A model generated the notes under the pieces. The model was not told the DNA's origin. It made no database searches and saw only the letters and a program-made list of their open reading frames with translations. From Octopus sinensis (taxonomy: Eukaryota), in assembly GCF_006345805.1 (NCBI RefSeq), contig NC_042997.1:71548001-71612000 (forward strand): a DNA stretch of 64,000 nucleotides, read 5' to 3'. The translations under genes were made by a program, and so were the position numbers. Below, in pieces: positions 36,301-47,800 of the stretch; within the stretch, counting starts at the first letter, position 1, and each line of letters opens with the position of its first letter.

Positions 36301-38796
36301 GGATTACTGTGGAATGCCACTCAGTATTTAGTTATATTTCTTTATGTTATAAGTTTTTGCCCTGCAACCGAGGGAAAGAATAAGTAGATATGTTATTGTC
36401 TTTGTTACAAAATAGTGAATGAATTACATAATGGCAAATAAGATGAGAATGTGCATCAAAGTCATATGATGGTGGTGATGTCATCAATGATAATGAGAGG
36501 GATTTATGATGATGGTGGTGGTGGTGGTCAGCAGTAGCATGGATCTTAGCTACTAAATGATACCAATCTCCAGTTCAAAAAGTCAACTTTTGCTTTTTCC
36601 TTTGCTCTTTATGCTGGCTATTTGATAATGTCAGCTATTTACCACTGGGGAGCTTGTATGTGGTTGCTTGACCTGCTAGAAATTGTCAGATCACCCTCCA
36701 ATTGCATCTAGCTCTCTTAAAAAGGGATACGTTGGATAATGTAAGTCGATGTTCAGCTGGGAAATGGATTAAATTTACCATTCAGAAACAGGAATGGTCT
36801 CTCCATCAAGCTTCTGTGCAATTTCCATCTGCATGATTTTCATTTTACTCACAAGACATTGGTCAATCTATGTTGTGCTGTAGAATTGAACTAAAAAAAT
36901 TGTAGCTGCAGTGTGATCTTCTGAATCTTCTAAGCATACCAGAACTCACTTTGGTATTGCTGCTGATGATTATGATGATGAATTTTGGTTTTGGGTAAAA
37001 TAGGAACAATGTCAAACATAATAATGTTGAAAGTGTCATAACAGAATTGGTGGTGATGAGGATGATGATAATGATAAATTTTTACTTTTCAGATATGATG
37101 GCACGCAAATAAATAACCTGAACATCCAGAGCAGTAATGTCCGTGTCTTAAATGGTTATAACACACCAGCCAAAGGTGCTGAGTTAGCCTATAATGAAAT
37201 TGACAAGATATTAAAAATGGTAAGCATTCTGTATTATTTGATCATATGTGGATATGTTTGACTACTGCTACAAACTTATCTGTTCAAATTGTTTTGGAGT
37301 TACTATGGTGTCCCCACTAGATCAGACATGAAAATAGATACTGCTCTCATTCATGGTTGAATGGTTTGCAAAAGGAAGAGACTACAACTACAAAACACAG
37401 ATGAGCCAATACTGCAACACCTACATTTTGTTCAACCTGGTAGAAACAGCACCCAACCATCTTAATCATTGAGAGGACAAACTGGATAGACTATGTCTGA
37501 AGAAAAGATAGGATGGTCATAATTGAAATGATTTGTCAGAGTTCAACTGGGATTAATCAACAATGGCTAAACATGATTTAAGATATCAAAAGATGAAAAA
37601 TAATCTCCCTTGGAACAGATTAGTGGTCTACCATAGATTATTGGTCTAACACTCTCAGATCATCTGATACCTATTTTTAACAGTTAGATAAAGTAAGGCA
37701 ATGTAGAATATAGTGTTTTACTAAGAAACACCTGCCTTGTTGGTTTGAACTCACAATCTATGAGTAGGTAGGTAGTCTACTACTTTATTCACTATATGCA
37801 AATGGACAAATGTACTGAAAAACTATCCCAATGTCATGTTTTGTTTTTAGGAATCAGCACTCATGTTGGTGACACGTAAAAGGCACCTGTGCTGGTCACT
37901 CATAAAAGACACCCATGCTGGTGACATGTAAAAGACACCTAATACACTCTGTGGAGTGGTTGGCATTAGGAAGGGCATCCAACCATAAAAACCAAGCCAA
38001 AACAGACTGGAGCCTGATGCAGCTCTCGGGCTTACCATCTCCAGTTAAACCATTTAATCGATGCCAGTATGGATTATAGATTTTAAATGATGATGATGCT
38101 GATTGATTGATTATTAAAATGTTTGAATCTCTCTCTATGTGGTCAGTAAGTAAGCCAATATTTTGATTTCATGTTGATGTTGAAATGTCTAAATTTTTAT
38201 CTCTAATACTTTACACAGGAACTTGGTATTGATGCCAAAAAGGAAAAACCAGAAAGTGACTGTGGTTATTCTGAACTAGAAGGTCCTGAACAACTATGTG
38301 GTGGTGCTTTGTGGGACATCCAATGTGACTATGAGCATATGGTAGCTCTTAATGCTGCACTGTCTTCAAGTTGTGAGCTTGGCTTTGAGAAGGTAAATGA
38401 ATTTTCATCATCATTGCCTTTATTATTAATGCATCCTCATCATTTCCATCATCTGCATTGTTATCATCTTCCATTTTCATAGCATTGCATGCTGCTAAAA
38501 TCCCTGCCACTTACTCATTTTTCTCATAGCTCATCCTCCAACTGATGATGAGGTGTGCAGCCTTTGTCTATGATGTCTAGAAGGCTTCTACTTGCAGTCA
38601 CACTTGCATGTGTTAGTGCAATTGCAAAGGTATGTGGTGTATTTGTCATTTGTTGATGTGTTGCTTGTGATGCTTCTCCAGTTTGTTTGGTTTGCATCAC
38701 ATTTTTGCTCAATGTTTCACTCAGTGTTTCCCCTGTTGAATAGAAAACCTTAGTCAGACCCATTGAGAGTATAACCTATAAAAGCTGCTGCTGCTG

Positions 38797-38853
<57 letters not shown>

Positions 38854-41800
38854 TTACTACTACTACTACTAATAATAATAATGATGATGATGATGATGAT
38901 GATAGTAATAATGATGATGATGATGATGGTTATATTACTGGGGTCAACTTGATCATTCATCCATGTGGGGTCAATACAGTAAAATACCAATGAAGTAGTG
39001 TAGCTTATGATATTGATTAAACCTCTTCTCTCAAAATTGTTTACCTTATGCCTAAATCAGAAAGCAGCTCCAGAAAAATACATTGTAGCTCTTGGCAATC
39101 TAAGTTCAAATTCTGCTGTTGTCAACTTCACCTTTTATCCTTTTGAGGTCAATAAAATAAAAAATAAATTGAGTATTGGGGTCAAGAAAAAAACGACTGT
39201 TTTTAATTTAGGCAAAAGGTCATCAATATTGTGGGGAAGAGTTTGTTGATACCGACCCTAACCTAAACTAGTATGTGATGATGATGGTGATATCTTATAT
39301 CGGCACAAGGTGATACATTAGTTGGAGATGGAGTGTAGTTAATTGAATCTGAATTCTGAATTAAAGTGATATAATTATGTGATTATAAATCCTTAGTGTA
39401 GCACATTATTTTTTCTTTTAACATTCCAACATTAAAATGATATTGATAATGTTTTCTTACATTGGTACATCATCATCATCACCATTATTTAACATCTGTT
39501 TTCCATGTTGGCCTGGGTTGAATGGTTTGACCAGAGCTGAGAAGCCAGATGACCACACTGCACTTTATTGTCAGTTTTGGCATGCAGTGACCTTACAGTG
39601 CAGTACAATAAGAATATTAATAGTCTACTTTCTCTTTCTCTCGCTCTCTCTCTCTCTCTCTCACTCTCTTTCTTTCTTTATTTATTTATTTATCTATCTA
39701 TCTATCTCTTATTGTCTTGAGTAAAAAAAAAAGTAGAATGATCTAAGGGAACTATTTCATGTGGGCTTGTGACATGAATCTAGATAGATAAATTAAGAGG
39801 TGATGTACAGAATGACTTGGATAAAAAATAAAGTTTCCGTTTATTGAAATTTCCCATTTAGTTGGAGAGAGACTACAAAAAACATGGTGGTAATTGTTTA
39901 TAACTTTCATAGAAAATAGAAATAATTTCAAGAAATTAAGAATTAATTTCTGTAAACTATTTACAAACATAAGGGAAAATTTGATAGTTGTTTGCAGGCA
40001 AGGGAAACAGTTATGGACAGGTTTTAGTCTTACTGAATTTCATCAGTATAGTATTGTCTACTCAACTACATTAGTCCATTTTTACATAAAAAGAAAAATG
40101 TCACAAGTAACTTTTGGCTAGTGATAAGAAAAAAAAATCAGCTAAGGGAAATAACTCAAGTTGGATATTGGCATAAATTTAGATAAATATGATGTGCTGT
40201 ATGAATGACTTCTGCAAAAAATACTTGATTAATTGAAATTTTTCTTTTGGAGAAAGGAAACAAATACCTAACATCAGTTGCTTGTACCTTTCGAAAAGAA
40301 TGTGAAATAATTTTACGAAATTATGAATCAGTCTGTACTGTAAGACATCAGCAAGTTTTATTGATATAAGGATTTTTTTTCCTCTAATTGTAATTCCTGT
40401 CTCATATATTTCAGTATTATGAGCAATTGAATAGTCATGTACATGCCTGTGGACCTCAACCACCCCTTTTGATCATTGGTTCTTCTGGCACCGGTCGTTC
40501 TTTGCTCCTAGCAAAATGGTAAATGAAATTTTTATTCACTTTTCATTTTTTATCTGGAGAGAACCCAGAATAATTTTAGCATCTGAAAGAACAATGATTA
40601 CTCCTTAAATTTCATCTTTATTGAAAACACAAAAACAAAACCGTTAGATTCACTTCAACATTTAAATTTAATTTGTCAAAATATTTTCATTATTTTGAAA
40701 CCCTGACTTGTTCACTGACAAAATTCCAAAATGCAGCACGGAATTTTGTCAATGAACAAGTTGCAGTTTCAAAGCGATGAAAATATTTTGACAAATTAAA
40801 TTTAAATGTTGAAGTGAAACTAATGGTTTTTGTGTGTTTTTTAAATGGCTTATAAACATCTTGCACGCTGCAATTGTTTTTGTTTAAGCACACAATCTCA
40901 GATCAAATCACTTGCTATGCAAGTACATCTCTGTAATTTATCTTTATTGTTTACAGAGATGTTGGTCTGATCTAAATATTTTTTGTTTTTATTTATGTCT
41001 GTGTTCTGTCAAATAATTTCCAGTGTTAGTTAATTAAACATTATTATATTGTACCGGAAACAAAATGCTAAAATTATTATTTATATATGCTACTTTATTG
41101 TTGCCTTTGTGGAATCCCATGACTCTCTGTTACCATCCAATTCCATTATTATGTGGCTGAACAGATGCTATGTCTTGCCAAAGGGTAGCCTGTAACTATG
41201 CAGGGGATAGTTGTCACTCCATGAGGTATTTTCAAAATATCCACATACCCATTATTTACATATAAGTATAATTAATTTGTATCCTACCTAATTATTTCTC
41301 ACATCCACCCATTTCCCTGTGTTTCCTTCCCCTAGTCATATTTAGACTTGGAGTAAACAGTCTCTTCTCATTTAAAACACTAACATTTTTTCAGTGTTGG
41401 TAAAAGAAATACTGTTAGCATACTGAGGCTGATTCAATTGAATATCCCCTCTTCAGATTTTGTAGCTTGCTTATCACTCTTAGAAATCACTATAAGGCTG
41501 GGCAACAGACCAGTAGAATTATTAGTACATCAGGTAAAATGCCTTTGATATTTGTTCTGGTTCTTCACATTCTGAGTTCAAATCCTGCTGAGGTCAACTT
41601 CTGAAGTTCATAAAATAAAGTAGCATTTGTGTCCTTGGGCTGATTAAATTGACTGTTCCTCTTCCACTAAATTTCTGTCCTGAGGTTTAATAAAGAAATT
41701 ATTATTAAAGCAAGAGAAATGCTGAATGAAATGCCTTACAATATTTAGTGTTCTACCTCAACATTTTAAATTCAAATTTTGACACAGTCTACATCTACCA

Positions 41801-44800
41801 TTTTGACCCTTTGCAGGGCTGTAAACCGTCAGATCATAAACATGGGATCAACACCAACAGAAAACTTGGATTTGACAAAATGATACAGGACTAAGCAACT
41901 AGGATATTTTTGTTGATGGAGTTGGGTCCTACGAAAACAAAAGAGAATAACTGTCCAATATTGTAGTATTGTGGTTGATTCAGTCAATTGTACTGCTTGC
42001 TTGTACATTTGTTCTCCTGCATAGATATTATTAATATATTATTGTTGTTAATTATAGTTATGGCTGCCAATGGATTGCAGAATTGGTTCAAGGGTCAGAC
42101 TCAATGACTTGCAATATTATTTAGTTACATTCATTTGCATTTGGATTTTAAATATCACCAAATATTGGAGTCAATCTAATTAACATTATCTTCAATGGCA
42201 TAGTACCTATCCCCGAAATCATTGTTATTGTTACTGAGATCAGTAGATCTTAAAATTTGTAAAATTTCTTTATAAAAACTTCATTGGCTTAATGGATAAG
42301 GCATATCCTGCCCTTATATTTAATATTTTATCTAACCAATATGTTTTGATCATGCAATTGATGAACAAGGAAGTCTCACAATATAGTTAACTCTTCAACT
42401 TCAGTGACTAGATCCAGTTGACTTTCATACCAGTTTAACTTGAAGAACTCCTGGTAAAAGTAAAGTGACATTCTTGAGTCATATTGACTCATAAGGGATG
42501 GTTTCCTGGTTTCATGGCATATAAATTCACCACCTGGATGGGACACTAGAATTACTCATTTTTGCCAGCTGAGTGAACTGGAGCAGCATGAAATTAAGTA
42601 TTTTGCTCAAGAACGCAACGCATTGCCCGGTCCAGGAATCAAAACCACAATCTTACGATCATGAGTCCAATATCCTAACCACTAAGCCATGCACCTCCAT
42701 AGCAGAATATTCCTGTTTCCACGAAAAAAAAGTTTTGTATGAAAAAATCAGTAATTTTGAATAAATTATGGTGTTATATTTTTCATGTTGAAAGTTTATA
42801 TCCTATCAAGTTAAAAACAATAATAATAATTACTATTTTGCTTTTATTTTTGTCCCTGTGCCAATGCGCAGTCATAAAAATTATTTAAATTACTTGAATA
42901 TTTATGTTTTTCTCTTTTGTTTTTGTAGGACCCAACTTCATCAAGAAAAATATCCTAGTTGCTTAGTCATGTGTCATTTCGTCAAATCCAAGTCTTCTGT
43001 TGGTGCCGATCCCATATTTATGATCCGGCGGTTTACAGCCCAGGTATTTCAGTCGTTCTGCTTATTGAATTTTTTACACGTATGCAAACACTTTCATTGC
43101 TTGTATTGGCAGAATTTCTGCATTTAATTTAATTTCTTTACATTCTGAGTTTAAATCCTGCTGCAGTCATCTTTACCTTTCCTCCCTCTAGGGTTGGTTT
43201 AATAGATTATGCCCTCTCCACAAAATCTGTGGCCTTTTGCCTGTGTTTGAAATTCTCATTTTTCATATTTGATGTTGTTAATAACTGAAGAGATGTCTGT
43301 GGTAATATAGTGCAAGATGTTCTCTAATGTAAATGGGTTTCATTTTTAATTTTGTACAGAACCTTGTGTAACCTCACAAGAAAAAATTCTTAGCTGCATT
43401 TCTTCTGTCTTTACATTCTGAGTTCAAAAGCTGTTGGGGTCGATTTTGCCTGTCATCCTTTCAGCATCAATAAAATAAGTACTAGTTGAACACTGGGGGT
43501 CAATATAATTGACTTACTCTCTCTCCTGAAATTACTAGCCTTCTGCCCAAATTTGAAACTCAGTATTAATCTTGTTTTATATTCTGAGTTCAAGCCCGGT
43601 CATGGAGCAGGGTTTCAAATCATTCAACTATGCCTCATATTTCATTACAGAACCAGCCTTGTTCTTAAAGTTGGTGGAGATAGTTATTACAACAGTTTGC
43701 AAAATTATTTACTTTGCACTTTTCAGCTTGATGCATGGGATCAAATTCAAATTTTGTCTTTTGCAGGTCAACAGAATTAGCACCATTATATTTTAGCCAA
43801 GATCCATAGCTTAAGCCCATTTTTAACCAAGTAATATACATGAGTTGAGTTAAACTCAGAACTGCAAGTCAACTAGACATTCAACAGTTTCTTTATGCTG
43901 CCACTACAGACAGTGGTAGGTTGTTCACACCCTGTACTACCCATTTACATTTAGATAGGCTTTAGAGTTATACCTCTTGTCTACAAAGATAATGCTGCAT
44001 CATGGGTAATGTATCTTACATACCTCTACTATCTTAGATGTCTATAGGAGTCCACCCTGTTATATATTCTGGTTATCTTCTCTGTTGTGTTTTATATCTC
44101 GATATTGAGCTATAGCTCTTCAGGTCAGGCATTAACCACATTCATTTCACATACCTTGGAGGGCCTACAAAAGTTGCAAATATGTTCTTCCTTCTTCCCT
44201 ACCGAACATATATTTAAAAAATGTTAAGCTACAAAGCTGATAACACCTGATTGAATTTATATAGTTGCTATGTAAATTTTATCAGGACTACTCCAACTTT
44301 TACAAAATTTAGTTTTGTGTTAGTGGTTTTCCAGTAAGGTCACAGCCTACCCTTTGAGACTAGTGAGAAAGTCAAAGTGTAATGAAAAGAAATCTATAAT
44401 CTGATTTGCTCATTTCTTTACCACAGCTGATGCAGCATGTTACCTCACCACCTGCTTTGACATGTAACCCTGTACGTCTGGAAGAGGAGTTTCCTCGATG
44501 GTTAGAGAAAGTTTCATCAAGACTGCCTGGTGGGGTGGTTTTGGTACTTGATTCTATTGACCTCTTTCAAGTAAGTACCAAGCAGTTTTTATCATCTTTG
44601 AGATACATTCATTTTATTTTATGTTTATATATTTGTTTTCCAAAATTCTTGATGTGAAATTGTATTTTGAAACAGATATTGTTATACACAGGGATGGTCA
44701 TATTTTGCCAATAGTGTGTGTGTTTAATTGGCAAAATATGGCCATCCACAAGTATAACATTTTATATTACATTCATTTTATTAAATAAGGCTTTGCAATG

Positions 44801-47800
44801 GTTAAATTATTACTTTCTGTATATTCTAAATCTGTGGTTTGGTGCTGGACCAGCAACTCAAAAGTCTTTAGTTCAAATCTACAGCAAATCTTTGTTATGC
44901 ATTTGGGTAGAACATTTCTGCTTTTCTGTTATCTAACTATCAGAAATAGTTATCTCATACTGAACAGAATGACAACTAACTCATGGTTAAGATTTATCTT
45001 TCATATATCTACTGTCATGAGACCAAGGTTAAACACCAACCCTTAAAGATTCTCAGGGCTTAAGGGACATATGCATTTTATAGAATACTGATTTTGCTGG
45101 TAAGACTGAAGAAATACGATAATTATATTAAGTGCCTCAATAAAAAACAAAGAGAGAGTGATTGCTACAATAGCAGCAGCCATTGCTCAGGATTCTCCGC
45201 GGCAGTGTGTCTATGTAGTCATTTTTGGTACCACTGTTGGAAATATACTGAGTTAATGATGAGACTTTGTAAATTAGGAAATTTGGAATTAAGTTATTAC
45301 TTCTTAAAATTATCTGAAGTCCAATTCATAATTCCAGTTTCAGTTGTCTTAGAAAGATCAAAAACATATCACTGCCAACTCTTTTCTAAGGAATAGGATA
45401 CTCTGTTTTATATTTTTTGAGAAAGATCTGATATTTATTCTTTCAAATTAGGCAAATGAGGTATGTAGTTAGACTACAGTTTGAACTTCCAACTTACACA
45501 CTCAACCATTTTAATTCTGCAAATTTGATTACAGGATTCTGCATTTCATGATGTTTTTTGTTTATTTCATTTCGTTTTTTTCTCTATTTTTTTTTTTTAT
45601 TCATCTTCTCAAGGAAGCTGAAGAACACCTCAAGTGGTTATTGGATCCATTGCCTGTTGGTGTTCATGTGATAGCAACAGTAAATGAAAAGTCTTGTCCA
45701 CAGTCTTGGAGGTAAGATATTATAAATTATACACATCAGTTTTCTTGGACTCCAAGAGGCAACTTCTGTAAGTAGTGTCACCTAAAAAGGAATTGTCACA
45801 TGCAAGTCGTTGTTACAAACATCAACATAAAGCAAATCTTTTAGGATCTATTTTTGCAAGTTATAGAGTACAAAGGATATTGAGCTCCCTGCTAAGCCTA
45901 TAGTCAGTGAACTGAATACCAGGAATATATAAGAGAGTAAGGTTAATGAACTTTTATTATAGAAACTGAGAATCTTATTTTGCCACAATATGCATACTAG
46001 CCTTATCATAAAATTCTAGCAAACACTATTTATTACACATAGTATAAGGTATTGTAATATGCTGTTGTTTTTTAGCCCCAGGTCAGCCTGATTGAGCAGA
46101 CCTATGATCAAAAGCTTTTCAACTATGACAGTTTTATCTTTTTTTTATATTTAAGGCTACATTGTTCCAGTAAATCCTTCCTTTTTTAAGATGGTTGGAT
46201 TTCTATCAAACTAAGTGATTACATAGTCCTCTATGTGTTATCCTTACACATAAACATTAAAGAACAATGAAAAAAAAATTCCTTTAAACAATTGCTGGAC
46301 AAAGATATTTATATTAATATACAAATGTATTTCTTTTGAAAAGCCAGCCTGCCAATGCAAGTATGAAAAATTTGAGTACAATGGTAAAACACAAAAAAAT
46401 AAGTAAAAATACAAAGTCTGGTTGTTATTCTGAATTTGTATTTTCTACTTCTAGACAATGGGCAACACTTCATCTAGATCCATTAAGCAAGAAAAATGTC
46501 AAAGAACTTCTCAGGGCAGAGCTAGCTTTGTTTGACATTCGTTTGAGTCAAGAAGAAGAGACCAGTATCCTAGAACATTGCCAGACTGATGACACTTGTG
46601 CACCACTGTTTACTATGGTTTTAACTCGACATATTGTATGGTAAGTGACTTTTAATTTTACAATACTCAGTCACAATCTTAAATATATGACATTATGCCT
46701 TACATCACCGTCTCCACAATTATTGGTTGACTCCATAATTATCATCATTGTTTAAACATTAATGTTTTGATGTGAGTGCTCTACAATATATATATACCGC
46801 TTTATCTTGATCTTTCATTATCTTGTTTGACAACCTAGCAACATTTGATTTGATCTTTCTGCTTTTTTCCAGAATCTTTTTGTCTATTTCTGTCACATGT
46901 ATCCTCCACTCTCAACTCCAGATACTTCTGACCATTAAATGTTTCTGTAAACCAAGTCATCTCTGCTTTGTACATTGAATAATGCTTTAAATAGCCATCA
47001 GCTTTCTCAACTCACATATATTTAACTTATTCTGAGGATTATTTTTGCAAACACATTTTTACAACCCATTCTTCTTAGCTATTACTTCATTGAGATGGAT
47101 GACTCAGACATTGCTATCAAATATATTGGAGTGGTCTATTGGTCCAGCACAAGATTTATCATGTTAAATAAACACTAGTTCATCCTAGAACCATGTTACA
47201 TATGTTGTTTGCACTATTCATATGTAGTGTAGTAGCAAGTGTGCTCTAACTATTTTTATGTAGAGGGACTTTCTTGAAAATTGCAGTGGATACAGAAAAG
47301 TTGGATTTAATATTTAATATAAGAGGTCGACAACTCTACAAATAGGCAATGGTCAAATGTTAAATGTTTAAATCCTGATTAATTTTAATCTTATTGCCAT
47401 GTTCTACCGTTTATGGATAGTATGACAGTTGTAGCATTTGTAGATAATATTTGCAGAAACCAAAACTACTTCTGATAAAAATTGTAGGTAGTTGTCTATA
47501 TTTATGTATCAAATACAACACATCTGTCTGAAACAGATGGACAAATCTGGAGATTTGTCAAGACTGCTGAAACGTGGAAGAGAGATACCAGCTGGTCTGA
47601 GTGCTCTCTACCCACAATAACTAAAAAGACTACAGCAACTCAGGGAAACTAAGCCAGAACAACCTGCCATCCTCTACACACCATCATAAACTGCGAGCAG
47701 GGTACAAATTGTTGTCCTTAAATGCTCGCAGTTTATGCAACAAAATACATTTGTTCAACGCCTATGTCAGAAGTGTTGACCCTGACTTCATCACTGTCAC

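Noticed and set aside
38754-38990. Poly-Ile/poly-Ser ORF
   Set aside because: Translation of the compound trinucleotide microsatellite.
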